Assembly (NCBI GenBank): GCA_947444925.1
Contig: CANFBW010000002.1
Coordinates: 64,396-128,395, forward strand
Source of the DNA: Flavobacteriales bacterium
GTDB taxonomy: Bacteria > Bacteroidota > Bacteroidia > Flavobacteriales_C > GCA-002722245
Reading direction: 5' to 3'
DNA length: 64,000 nucleotides
Part shown: positions 29,905-39,677 of the stretch, piece by piece
Layout of the letters: every line of letters starts with the position of its first letter
Position numbering within the stretch: the stretch's first letter is position 1
Position numbers and translations under genes: made by a program
The notes under the pieces: generated by a model
Told to the model about the DNA's origin: nothing
Seen by the model: only the letters and a program-made list of their open reading frames with translations
The model's database searches: none

Positions 29905-30333
29905 ATGATAATTCAAATTTCTGGAATACTATTATTTGTAATTTTTGTCCTGATTTCGGGCATTCACTTTTACTGGGCGTTCGGCGGCAAATGGGGCGTT
30001 GATGCAGCATTGCCTAGCAATGGTGAAGGAGAACGCGTGTTGAAGCCTCGACAAATTGACACCTTTGCTGTTGCTGCCGTGTTTGCTGGAATTGGTGTTT
30101 TTTATTTGGTGATGGGTACTGTAGTGCTTATTGATTTGCCTTTATGGATGCCCAAGTATTTGGGGTGGATTTTTCCTTTTGTTTTTTTAATCAGAGCGGT
30201 CGGTGACTTTAAATATTTGGGAATTTTTAAAAAAGAAAAGAGGAGTTTATTTGCCCAGCTGGACACTAAATATTATTCTCCTCTTTGTTTGTTCATCACT
30301 TTTTTAGCAGTGCTTGTTCAAGTTTTTCGATGA
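29905..30333 (+). CDS. DUF3995-like small membrane protein
   Basis: N-terminus HFYWAFGGKWGVDAALP is characteristic. 4 TM helices. Confidence 0.5.
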   Translation: MIIQISGILLFVIFVLISGIHFYWAFGGKWGVDAALPSNGEGERVLKPRQIDTFAVAAVFAGIGVFYLVMGTVVLIDLPLWMPKYLGWIFPFVFLIRAVGDFKYLGIFKKEKRSLFAQLDTKYYSPLCLFITFLAVLVQVFR

Positions 30334-30341
30334 ATAATTTT

Positions 30342-30554
30342 ATGATTATCCGCAATTGTACCAGTCCTCTCACAGAAGTGGCGATAGATCCTTTAAAGAC
30401 CGAAACTTTGTTTCTCCTCTTAATCTCAAATCTCAGGAAGACAATCATTCGCGAAAAACCTATGTGGAAAATCGTTCGCATTTGTCCTCCTGAGGTACTC
30501 CGAAGGATCTATCGCCCTAGACATAAATCAACTGGTACAATTGCGGATAATCAT
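30342..30554 (+). ncRNA. Unclassified structured intergenic element, copy 1 (candidate sRNA or MITE-like repeat)
   Basis: Perfect 21-bp terminal inverted repeat 30342-30362/30534-30554. Inner 14-bp stem 30380-30393/30503-30516. Conserved hairpin gaaac-ttt-gtttc. Second inner stem ctcaggaagaca/tgtcctcctgag around a 39-nt loop. Conserved core shared with 63429-63604. Confidence 0.4.
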
Positions 30555-30833
30555 ATAATTTTTAACGAATTCATGGTTAATGCTGCCCTTGTTGCCATTT
30601 CTCTTAATTTAAAGGAGGCGCGCACAAGGAGAAATCAATTGCTCTATGATTCGACTGAAGCGTCGCGTGAATGGCGCTAAATTTAGCGTTTGATAACGAT
30701 GGGGTCGTGCGGTCGGTTCCTTTAAATTGGAATTAGCCATATGGAGAATTTGCTTCCATATGATTTCAAGAGCAAGTGAAGGTCATATCCAATGTGTCGC
30801 CGAATCGCACAGAATGAAGAAATTTGTGGTCAA

Positions 30834-31640
30834 TTATTTTGCGACTGCAAGGAAATTGATGGTGATAAAGATTTCGTAGGTTTCTTTGTACACGGGCATT
30901 TCAAATAATCCGTTTTTCAAAACTCTGTAGATGGTGTAGTTGTCTTTTAAGAGGTAGAAAAAATCTTGAAAATAGGTTCTTGAATCAATGTTGCAGCCAC
31001 CAAATTCGAATTGAATAAAGTTTATTTTTTTGTCAGAGATCATTTTTTTTGCACCCTTCAAAGCCTCAAACTCATGCCCTTCAATGTCAAGTTTTAAAAA
31101 GTGAATTCTGTCGATGTTGTTTTTGGCGCAGTATGCGTCTACCGTCGATAATTTAATTTCTTCAGTATTGTCAAAAGCAATTCCAAAGTGATCTAACTTG
31201 CGGTGGTAAACCGAAGCCATACCTGATCCGTCGGAATTTGAGTAAAGTAACTGTGTGTTTTCAACATCACTTAAACCTAAATTATTTGAGATGAGATTGT
31301 GCACATGTTTAGTGTTTTTTAAAAAGTCGTTGTAAGTTATTACAGAAGGCTCGAAGGAGTGAATGTGTGCATTTGTATTAAATACTTTAGAAAGTTCATT
31401 GCAGTATTGTCCTATGTTGGCACCAACGTCAAAGATGGTGATTGAGGGCTCTTTTTTTAAAGCTGCAGCAACATGTTTCATTGCAAAAATCTCGCCGCCA
31501 TTTTCTAAGTCTCCACCGTTGCCGTAATTCATGTTACTCAAGGTGATGCTGTTGATGGTTTCCCAAAATTTTTGATCTTTTGTTTTAAGAGACAATCGAT
31601 ACAGGATGGACAATATTGCTTTTTTTATGAAATTTTTCAT
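30834..31640 (-). CDS. FkbM-family SAM-dependent methyltransferase
   Basis: FDVGANIGQY motif (Methyltransf_21). Confidence 0.7.
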   Translation of the reverse strand: MKNFIKKAILSILYRLSLKTKDQKFWETINSITLSNMNYGNGGDLENGGEIFAMKHVAAALKKEPSITIFDVGANIGQYCNELSKVFNTNAHIHSFEPSVITYNDFLKNTKHVHNLISNNLGLSDVENTQLLYSNSDGSGMASVYHRKLDHFGIAFDNTEEIKLSTVDAYCAKNNIDRIHFLKLDIEGHEFEALKGAKKMISDKKINFIQFEFGGCNIDSRTYFQDFFYLLKDNYTIYRVLKNGLFEMPVYKETYEIFITINFLAVAK

Positions 31641-31821
31641 TTATGATGATTCAATGCGTGAACTAATTCTTTGTATGCAAAAATAGTATTTTTTGAGTGT
31701 AAATTGTACTTAATCAGCTTTAAGTACTTCCGAAGTAGTTTTTTAATGATATTTTTTTTACTTTAAAACCTTAACCAACTAAAGTTGTTCTGCTCGGGAC
31801 AAAATTCACAATCTAAACCAG

Positions 31822-33975
31822 ATGAGAATATTCATACTTTACATAGGGCTTTGCCTATGTTTTACAACGGCGCATTTGTGCGCACAAGCCCCTCTTGCCA
31901 GGTTTGGAAAAATTAAATTGGTGGGTAATCAGCTTAGTTCTGAATGCGGCACAGCTATTCAATTGAGAGGCATTTCTTCATTTGGTCCGCAGTTCAATCC
32001 CAATTGCTACAACAACAATTCGTTGGATGCAATTGCCAACGATTGGCATGCTGATGTTTTTCGTATTGCCATGTATGTAAATGAAGGTGGTTATTTGAGC
32101 GATTCATCGTACTGGAAATCATGGATAGACAATCAAGTGGACGAGTGTGTGAAACGCGGTATTTACTGCATTATTGACTGGCATATTTTAGGGGTTGATG
32201 GTGATCCAAATTTGGTGCTTCCCTATGCCAAATCTTTTTGGAATTATATGTCGAAGAAGCACGCTGGCAAGAAAAATGTGCTTTATGAAATATGCAACGA
32301 ACCCAATGAACGATTTCGCTATGGAAATGCAGCGAATGAAAAGGATGTGAATTGGGCGCGCATCAAGCAGTATGCTGAAATTGTCATTCCCATCATACGT
32401 AAGAATGATCCTGAGACCATGATTATTGTGGGCACACCCTACTGGAGCAATCGCCCATGGCGCGTTGTTGCTAATCCATTGACGGGAGCCAATGCTCACA
32501 ACACGATGTATACTTTTCATTACTATGCTGGAACGGCACAGCACAATTTGAATTTAGATACGGTGAAAACCATTCTCGATAAAATCCCTGTTTTTGCTAC
32601 AGAAGCTGGTTTGAGCGAAGAAAGTGGAACGGGTGTGGTTGATGTTAATGCTGCGCAAAATTTCGCCAATGTCCTGGGCGGCAACAATCCAGCGGGCATT
32701 AAAGTGAGTTGGTGTATTTGGAGTTTTGTTGACAAAAATGAATCGTCGGCTTTGCTTACGCCAAGCAGTTGCACCAACGGCACTTGGAACAGCAGATCTG
32801 CCGCTGGGAATGAAACCTACGACATATTGAATACGCCTGCAAAAGATGGTAGTACTTGTTTTCCTGAGCCAGTGATTTCGGTGCAACCTCAAAGCACCGT
32901 GGTGAAGTCAGGGGCCAGTACTTCAATGGTTGTTGTGGCTTCAGGCGAACAACTTCAGTATTTGTGGCAGAAGAGTGCCGACGGTATCGTTTGGACAGAC
33001 ATTGTTAATTCCAACAATGACAGCCTAACGATCAATGTTGCCACTATTTCTAATGAAGGGTATTATCGCGTGGAAGTTAGTAATTTCGTGGGTTATGTTT
33101 TTAGTCAAAAAGCATTTTTAAATTTTTATGAGAATGGCCCCTATTTCGGCACAGCATTAAATATACCCGGAAAAATTGAAGCAGAGAATTATGATATTGG
33201 TGGCCAAAATGTATCTTACTATGATTCATCGCCGGGCAATACCGGCAATGCTTACCGCAGTGACGATGTTGATATTCAAAGCACCACCGACAGCTTAGGA
33301 GGTTATGGAACGGGTTATTGGGTGAATGGCGAATGGTTGGAGTTTTCGGTGAATGTTTTGACTAGCGCTTCTTATGACTTTTATTTTCGTGTTGGTTCTG
33401 CTTTGGCAGGTACCAAGTTTGAAATAATTCTTGATGGCAACGTACTTATCTCACAAGTAAATGTGCCCAATTTAAACAGTTGGAGTCTATTGCGTACTGT
33501 TGCTGTGAAGGGAATTAATCTAACCAAAGGCAATAAAAAATTGAGAGTGCGCGCATTGAGCGATGGGTTTAATTTGAATTATTTTGAAGTCATTGGCCCC
33601 TTGTTCGATTGTAACTTACAGCTGAATGGAAGCGCCACCATCGACGCTTGTGGCAATTGTGCGGGCGGTAACACTGGCCTGCTTCCGAAAACCGATGCGA
33701 ACAAGTGCTACGATGTGTTGACAGGAATAACCACTGTTGGCGTTGGAGCAGAAAATGTGTTGCTTTACCCCAATCCATTTGAAGAACATTTTTTTTTGCG
33801 AACGAGTGCTTTGGTTGATATTGAAATATTTGACCTTTATGGGAAATCAGTTTTTTGTCAAGCACATGTAGGGTCTACTGTCGTTGCGTTTCCAGCTACA
33901 CTGGCGTCGGGGGTGTATTTTGTGCATTATACTTCTTTGGAAGGAAAAGGCGTACAAAAAATCGAAAAAAGATAG
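31822..33975 (+). CDS. Glycoside hydrolase family 5 endoglucanase with Ig-like/CBM modules and T9SS type-A C-terminal sorting domain
   Basis: Signal peptide. GH5 NEP catalytic motif (VLYEICNEPN), downstream TEAG. C-terminal ...LLYPNPFEEHFFL...GVYFVHY...KIEKR is a Por_Secre_tail-like CTD. Confidence 0.8.
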   Translation: MRIFILYIGLCLCFTTAHLCAQAPLARFGKIKLVGNQLSSECGTAIQLRGISSFGPQFNPNCYNNNSLDAIANDWHADVFRIAMYVNEGGYLSDSSYWKSWIDNQVDECVKRGIYCIIDWHILGVDGDPNLVLPYAKSFWNYMSKKHAGKKNVLYEICNEPNERFRYGNAANEKDVNWARIKQYAEIVIPIIRKNDPETMIIVGTPYWSNRPWRVVANPLTGANAHNTMYTFHYYAGTAQHNLNLDTVKTILDKIPVFATEAGLSEESGTGVVDVNAAQNFANVLGGNNPAGIKVSWCIWSFVDKNESSALLTPSSCTNGTWNSRSAAGNETYDILNTPAKDGSTCFPEPVISVQPQSTVVKSGASTSMVVVASGEQLQYLWQKSADGIVWTDIVNSNNDSLTINVATISNEGYYRVEVSNFVGYVFSQKAFLNFYENGPYFGTALNIPGKIEAENYDIGGQNVSYYDSSPGNTGNAYRSDDVDIQSTTDSLGGYGTGYWVNGEWLEFSVNVLTSASYDFYFRVGSALAGTKFEIILDGNVLISQVNVPNLNSWSLLRTVAVKGINLTKGNKKLRVRALSDGFNLNYFEVIGPLFDCNLQLNGSATIDACGNCAGGNTGLLPKTDANKCYDVLTGITTVGVGAENVLLYPNPFEEHFFLRTSALVDIEIFDLYGKSVFCQAHVGSTVVAFPATLASGVYFVHYTSLEGKGVQKIEKR

Positions 33976-33978
33976 CAA

Positions 33979-34737
33979 TTAAACACGTTTTTTTTTAGTC
34001 CAAAATCTCAGTAAAAAAAAGGTGTTTGACGAAAAATAGTAGCCACTTACTTTTTTTTTGAAAGAGCGCAAACTTGTTTTTGGTGTCACTTCGATTCTTC
34101 GAATTTGAAAGGGATCTTCGCTGAAAAAGGACGCTCCTTTGTTGGTGGATACAGCGAACTTGTAGCCAGCATCTTGAGTCGTTTTTTTGATAAGTTTATT
34201 GCATGCGCCAAAAGGATAGGAAAAGGAAATGACCTGTGTTTCAAGAAGATTTTCTATGTCTTTTCTTGACCCTTCGATTTCGCGTTTTATTTCTGTTGCC
34301 CTGCAAAGTAATAGATTGGGATGTGTTTGGGTGTGCGCACCGAATTCGATGCCGTAATTTCTCATTTCAATAGCCTGTGTTTTGTTGAGAAGTGCTACTG
34401 CAGGCTCCCCTTCAGCGTTGCTCCAAGTGTTGTTTGTGGTTTTGGATACGCAAAAAATAATTGCTTTAAAATCGTATTTTTTTAAGATTGGAAACGCAAT
34501 GTCGAAGTTGTCTACGTATCCATCATCAAAGGTTAATATTACTTTTTTGTTTAGGTTTTGTATAGGGTCTTTTTGCAAATCTTCAAAGGTGATACATTGG
34601 AAATTTTGTTGATGCAGATAAAGCATTTGTTTTTCAAATTCTTTTTCCCAAACGTATATTTTGTGTTTGCCAATGGCGCAATTTTGGTTGACAATGCGGT
34701 GGTAAAGGAGAACGGGCAATTGATAGTTCGTTGGCAT
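33979..34737 (-). CDS. Polysaccharide deacetylase (NodB homology) family protein
   Basis: LTFDDGYVDNF and HTQTHP motifs. Confidence 0.75.
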   Translation of the reverse strand: MPTNYQLPVLLYHRIVNQNCAIGKHKIYVWEKEFEKQMLYLHQQNFQCITFEDLQKDPIQNLNKKVILTFDDGYVDNFDIAFPILKKYDFKAIIFCVSKTTNNTWSNAEGEPAVALLNKTQAIEMRNYGIEFGAHTQTHPNLLLCRATEIKREIEGSRKDIENLLETQVISFSYPFGACNKLIKKTTQDAGYKFAVSTNKGASFFSEDPFQIRRIEVTPKTSLRSFKKKVSGYYFSSNTFFLLRFWTKKKRV

Positions 34738-34810
34738 ACTTTTTTAAAGGATGAATTTGTTGCACATGGTTAAATTTTAGTGCCAGTAGTCATCTCAAAA
34801 AAAGTATAAC

Positions 34811-35692
34811 ATGAAAGTATCTGGTTTTTCTTTTATTAAAAATGCATTGAAATACGACTACCCAATTAGGGAGGCTATTTTATCCATCTTGCCCATTTGT
34901 GATGAATTTGTAATCGCGGTTGGAGAATCAGACGATGATACTTTGAATTACATCGAATCCATTAACTCCCCAAAAATAAAAATATTAAAAACCGTTTGGG
35001 ATGAAACATTGCGTGAGGCAGGGTGTGTACTGGCTGAGGAGAGCAATAAAGCATTTAGGGCCATTGACGAGGACAGTGATTGGGCATTTTACGTGCAAGG
35101 CGACGAGGTTTTTCACGAAAATGATTTGCTCAAAATTAAAAATGCAATGATACAATACAAGTACGACAGCGAAATTGACGGATTGCTTTTCGATCACTTA
35201 AATTTTTACGGTTCGTACGATTACTATGCAGATTCACGGCATTGGCAGAAAAAGGAAATACGGGTGGTGAGGAACAATAAAAATATTTATTCATATAAGG
35301 ACGCCATGAGTTTTCGTCAGGGCAAAAACAGAAAATTAAATGTGGCATATGTTGATGCCTGCATTTATCATTACGGTTGGGTAAAAAAGCCGAGCGCAAT
35401 GCAACAGAAGCAAGTAGCGTTTCAAAAGTTATGGCACAGCGATGAATGGCTTGCTGAAAACACAAGTGCTGCTGAGGAGTTTGACTTTACGAATGCTGAT
35501 TCTGTGGCACTTTTCAATGGCTCGCATCCTAAGGTAATGCACGAGCGCATTGCGCAAATGAATTGGCAATTTTCTTTTAATCCTAGTAGAGCTAAAAAGG
35601 AATCACTTCGTCGGCGCGTTCTAAATAAGATTTATAAAAGCACGGGCTTGCACATTGGGGAATTCAAAAATTATTTGTTGCTGCGCAAATAG
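34811..35692 (+). CDS. Putative glycosyltransferase (GT2-like), low certainty
   Basis: N-terminal FSFIKNALKYDYPIREAILSILPICDEFVIAVGESDDDT pattern resembles LPS-type GT2 N-termini. No clear DxD seen. Confidence 0.4.
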   Translation: MKVSGFSFIKNALKYDYPIREAILSILPICDEFVIAVGESDDDTLNYIESINSPKIKILKTVWDETLREAGCVLAEESNKAFRAIDEDSDWAFYVQGDEVFHENDLLKIKNAMIQYKYDSEIDGLLFDHLNFYGSYDYYADSRHWQKKEIRVVRNNKNIYSYKDAMSFRQGKNRKLNVAYVDACIYHYGWVKKPSAMQQKQVAFQKLWHSDEWLAENTSAAEEFDFTNADSVALFNGSHPKVMHERIAQMNWQFSFNPSRAKKESLRRRVLNKIYKSTGLHIGEFKNYLLLRK

Positions 35693-35693
35693 C

Positions 35694-36671
35694 CTAATTT
35701 TTTTCAGCTTTGCCAATGGTCGTTATTTGCCATACAACTACTGCTGCAAGTGCTGTTGAGATAAGTAAAACAAGATTGTTTTGATCGGGAATTTCATCGG
35801 TCATTGAGCCTGTTTTGTAGGCGACCACGATGGCCAGGCTGTTATTGAGCGCGTGCGCAAGCATGGAGCTGCGGATATCTTTGCTCCAATAGTACAAATA
35901 GCCCAAAACGAGTCCCAGGAGTAGTCGAACGAAAAATCCATAAAATTGAAAATGAATCAAACTAAAAAGGGTTGCGCCTACAAAAATGGCAAGGTGCGTG
36001 TTCATTTTACTTTGTAATAAAATGTTTTGCAAGCCAGCTCTAAAAACCAATTCTTCAGCAATGGCGGTCACTACACCAATGAAAAGAACCATTAAAGTAA
36101 GTTCGCCTAGCGAATGAATATCAGTAAAACTCAACGTATAAATTCCGCTTTGAATTTCAGGGGCCAACAACCAATTTTGCAAGCTTTGCCATGGAATGTA
36201 AATGTTGCGATTCCATTCGCCAATAAGTCCGACCAAGGGCATCACTAAAAGCAGGAGAACTGCTGATAAAGCATACATTTTTAAATTGGCTGGACGAGAC
36301 GCAATAATCGAGAGCGGTTTTTTGTATACAATCCAGAGAAAAATACTTCCCGCTGTGAGTAATGAAAGTTGATTGCTCAAAATCAAGAACCATTTTGCAT
36401 AGACCATGTGTTGGTAGTTGGGGAGGTATTGCGGCAGTAAATCAAAGCCATATTTTGCTGCTTCATCAGGACTCAGCCCGCTGTTCATACTTATTTTTGT
36501 CAGCTCCTCAATGATTTCATTGACCGCGTTTAAGTCGGCGCCTGAGAAATCAAAGCACCATTGAAAGATGCCCATAATCAGCAAAGGAACGAGTACTAAG
36601 GCTGCTGTGCTGATAGCAACAAGTAAAGCCAGTTTTACCCAAGTGGAGCTATTTTCGAAGAAAGGTCGATT
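35694..36671 (-). CDS. CPBP-family intramembrane metalloprotease (CAAX protease/Abi)
   Basis: EELVFRAGLQN (motif 1), FSLIHF, HALNN motifs. Start set at the internal ATG 36671, because the upstream part of the ORF overlaps the dusB start. Confidence 0.7.
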   Translation of the reverse strand, partial: NRPFFENSSTWVKLALLVAISTAALVLVPLLIMGIFQWCFDFSGADLNAVNEIIEELTKISMNSGLSPDEAAKYGFDLLPQYLPNYQHMVYAKWFLILSNQLSLLTAGSIFLWIVYKKPLSIIASRPANLKMYALSAVLLLLVMPLVGLIGEWNRNIYIPWQSLQNWLLAPEIQSGIYTLSFTDIHSLGELTLMVLFIGVVTAIAEELVFRAGLQNILLQSKMNTHLAIFVGATLFSLIHFQFYGFFVRLLLGLVLGYLYYWSKDIRSSMLAHALNNSLAIVVAYKTGSMTDEIPDQNNLVLLISTALAAVVVWQITTIGKAEKN

Positions 36672-36699
36672 CATTTTAAAATTCTCTATTTTTGCATTT

Positions 36700-37695
36700 A
36701 TGGTAAAGATAGGAAATATAGAGTTGCCCGATTTTTCGCTGCTGCTTGCGCCAATGGAAGATGTGAGTGACCCGCCATTTCGGATGCTGTGTAAAAAGCA
36801 CGGTGCTGACTTGATGTACACCGAGTTCATTTCTTCAGAAGGCTTGATTAGAGACGCATTTAAGAGTCGGCAGAAGTTAGATATTTACGAAGCAGAGCGT
36901 CCTATAGGGATACAAATTTTTGGTGGAGACATTGAAGCAATGGGCGAAGCAGCGGCTATTGTAGAGTCGGCGAATCCTGATTTGATTGATATTAATTTTG
37001 GTTGTCCTGTGAAAAAGGTTGTTTGTAAAGGTGGCGGAGCCGCTATATTGCAAGATATTCCAAAGATGGTTCGCCTGACAGAACAAATTGTGAAATCTAC
37101 CAATCTGCCAGTTACTGTTAAAACACGTTTGGGCTGGGATGAAAAATCAAAACACATTGTTGATGTTGCTGAGCGCTTGCAGGATATAGGCATTAAAGCC
37201 TTGTCGATTCACGGAAGAACGCGTGTGCAAATGTATAAGGGTGATGCGGATTGGACTTTAATTGGCGAGGTAAAAAACAATCCGCGCATGAAAATTCCAA
37301 TCTTTGGAAACGGCGATATTGATTCACCTGAAAAAGCAAAATTGTACAAGGAGCGTTATGGTGTCGATGGCATTATGATTGGTCGTGGTGCTATTGGTCA
37401 TCCCTGGATATTTGAGGAAGTAAAACATTTTTTGAAAACCGGCGAACACTTGCCTCCGCCAACGATTGAACAACGGGTAGAAGCTTGCAAATTTCACTTG
37501 CATCAATCCTTAAAATGGAAGGGTGAAAAATTGGGAGTGGTAGAAATGCGCCGTCATTACGCCAATTATTTTAAGGGCTATCCCAACATCAAAGATTACC
37601 GCTTAAGAATGTGCACATTGGATGATTCACAAGATGTGGAAGTGGTGTTGAACGAAGTGATGGTGAAGTATCAGGGGATGCACATCGAAGTATAG
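36700..37695 (+). CDS. dusB: tRNA-dihydrouridine synthase
   Basis: LAPMEDVSDPPFR...INFGCPVKKV...GNGDI motifs. Start at internal ATG 36700. Confidence 0.8.
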   Translation: MVKIGNIELPDFSLLLAPMEDVSDPPFRMLCKKHGADLMYTEFISSEGLIRDAFKSRQKLDIYEAERPIGIQIFGGDIEAMGEAAAIVESANPDLIDINFGCPVKKVVCKGGGAAILQDIPKMVRLTEQIVKSTNLPVTVKTRLGWDEKSKHIVDVAERLQDIGIKALSIHGRTRVQMYKGDADWTLIGEVKNNPRMKIPIFGNGDIDSPEKAKLYKERYGVDGIMIGRGAIGHPWIFEEVKHFLKTGEHLPPPTIEQRVEACKFHLHQSLKWKGEKLGVVEMRRHYANYFKGYPNIKDYRLRMCTLDDSQDVEVVLNEVMVKYQGMHIEV

Positions 37696-37714
37696 CTTCA
37701 CGTCGAAATTCTGT

Positions 37715-39043
37715 TTACAATTTTATTTTAAGAAAGGCTTCGAAGGGCCTTCTGTGCAAAAATTTGTTGCTGTCCCAAAGCAGCGCGCACGCCATCACTA
37801 AAAATGGCATTGCCGGAATTTTGTAGCGCACAAGGGTGCCTATGATGGGTGTTACTACGCCTGATAGGGTGTACAAGATGAGCGTGAAGGAAGCAAAAAA
37901 AATGAGATAGGTGCTGGTGCGAGCGTCGGGTTTCTTGAACCAAAGTATTGTGATTAAGAAAACAAGGAACAGTAATGTGTTTTCTAAAGCCGACGCCAGC
38001 ACGACTGGTGAAAAAGGCTGCAGACCGTCCCAAATGAAAGGCCGAAGAAACGCATTGAACAAGCCTTCAGGCACCGCTGCAAAGAAGCTGCTGAAATTGT
38101 CGCGCAAATCATGGGTTTGCACCACACTGCCTGAATTCATCACTTGTGCCAATCCATAAAAGCTTTTTTTCTGCCATTGTAGTCCATTTAAAAAGGAATG
38201 AAAAGGACTGACGATGTGGAAGACGACCGCCGCTGCAATGAACATCAAATGAACGATGGCTGCTTTTAAAAATGGTTTTCTGTAGCCTTTTCTTTTGATC
38301 CAAAACAAGGAGATTAGGCCGGGAAGCAGCGCCACGGCCACATAAAATTTCACAAAAAACAAGCCAATAGAAGTGAGGGCGATGAGGGCGAAGTATTTCA
38401 AGGACTTGGGGCCATCTGACCAGCGTTCAAAGCCATAAACAAAGAGGCCCATAAGTAAAAATAAAAACCCTTCTTTCAATATTCCTGAGGACCAAAAAAT
38501 CACCGAAGGCAAAAGAAAGATCGCAGAAAACAAAAATGCTTTTTTGCCTATGAATAATTTTTCAAATGCCGAGAATAGAAACAATTTTCCAATCAAAGAC
38601 ATTAAGCAAAAAAAGAGAATGTGCACATAAAAATACCCGCCTGAAAATATCATCATCACGGCATTGATGCGGATCATTGTGCGGTTGTCGTTGTATAGGT
38701 ATTTGTTGTTGAGCACATACCAGTTGTACATTTTATCGTACACAGGTGTGAGTTGTGGTACTTCGCAGTGATAACCTGTGATCATGCGTAAATAATCGGT
38801 AGGTGATTCCCATAACAGTTGGTAAATGTGCACACTATCGTCAAAGTATTTGAATGTGTCGGCGAGATTTCTTTGCGGGTAGTACAGCGTGTATATCACA
38901 CTTAAAACAACGCCTGCTGCGACGTGCAGGGCGTATACCAACAAAATACTTCTGCGCTGCAAAGCAAATCGTCCAAAAAACGGAAGTTTCCAAATAGCAA
39001 GTGCTATTGCCAACAACCACGCTATGGTGCAAAAGATTTCCAT
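37715..39043 (-). CDS. Polytopic integral membrane protein of unknown function (~12 TM)
   Basis: Hydrophobicity pattern only. Confidence 0.45.
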   Translation of the reverse strand: MEIFCTIAWLLAIALAIWKLPFFGRFALQRRSILLVYALHVAAGVVLSVIYTLYYPQRNLADTFKYFDDSVHIYQLLWESPTDYLRMITGYHCEVPQLTPVYDKMYNWYVLNNKYLYNDNRTMIRINAVMMIFSGGYFYVHILFFCLMSLIGKLFLFSAFEKLFIGKKAFLFSAIFLLPSVIFWSSGILKEGFLFLLMGLFVYGFERWSDGPKSLKYFALIALTSIGLFFVKFYVAVALLPGLISLFWIKRKGYRKPFLKAAIVHLMFIAAAVVFHIVSPFHSFLNGLQWQKKSFYGLAQVMNSGSVVQTHDLRDNFSSFFAAVPEGLFNAFLRPFIWDGLQPFSPVVLASALENTLLFLVFLITILWFKKPDARTSTYLIFFASFTLILYTLSGVVTPIIGTLVRYKIPAMPFLVMACALLWDSNKFLHRRPFEAFLKIKL

Positions 39044-39045
39044 TT

Positions 39046-39677
39046 TTAAAATCCGATTTCTAGATCCAATTTGCTACGAAGTTGTTCGAGTAGCGGGTTT
39101 TTTTCCACCAGTTTTTTGTATTTGTCGGAAGAGGTGTACAGCCCTTTTTCTTCTGCTCCTTTTTCAATGAAGGTGCTGAGGTTGATGTCGAAATTGTTGA
39201 GTTTATTGCGCACGAAGGTGAGTAGTTCCGCTTTGATTTCTGATAGGTCGTGTTCCTGCGCTTTGTTGAAAATTTTAAGTTGTATGGTATTGCTGTCAAT
39301 CAGCGTTGGTGCGTTCTTCGTGAGCGTGGTATAAATATCGAGGTCAGTGTTTTTTACCAATTCAGCATATTCACTCCACGTTGCCAAAAGGTCAGCTTCA
39401 GTGAAAGCTTTGTTGCTGTAGTCGGTGCGCACTTCTACTTTTATTTCAGTGGGCTCTGGTTTTAGAATTTTGCTGATGTTGACCGACTTCATTGCGATTT
39501 TGGTGCGGTTGAGCGTTGGTCTTTTCTCGTCGGTATTTTCTTCAGACTTTGTTGCTGCTACTGCTGCACTGTTGGTGTTTGCGGCAGTACTTTCAGAAAC
39601 AATTGGTTTTTTAGCGAGTGGAGTAGCAGCCTGAATTTTAGGCAGTGGTATTCTCAGTTGGCGAAGCTTTTTTTTTT
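39046..39677 (-). CDS. dnaX: dnaX tau-specific C-terminal extension, open only in the -1 frame from the A10 run
   Basis: The -1 frame from 39668-39677 reads KKKLRQLRIPLPKIQAATPLAKK...MKSVNISKIL... continuously to the stop at 39046. Confidence 0.5.

Noticed and set aside
30342-30554. Assignment of the two-copy structured element to 6S RNA, SRP RNA, tmRNA, RNase P RNA or an integron attC site
   Set aside because: None of the diagnostic conserved sequences of those families (e.g. SRP helix-8 GGAAGCAGCC, tmRNA GGGGCUGAUUC...UCCACCA, RNase P GGAAAGUCCGG, attC GTTRRRY cores) are present, so it is left unclassified.
30285-30680. 131-aa plus-strand ORF overlapping the structured intergenic element
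   Set aside because: It begins inside the DUF3995 gene and runs through the inverted-repeat element. Its translation is dictated by the palindromic stems (mirror-like peptide segments) and it shows no protein-like motif. It is most likely non-coding.
39425-39634. 69-aa plus-strand ORF in the dnaX gap region
   Set aside because: It is antisense to the open -1 frame of dnaX tau. The low-complexity Ala/Val-rich peptide is a mirror of the Lys/Ala/Thr linker.
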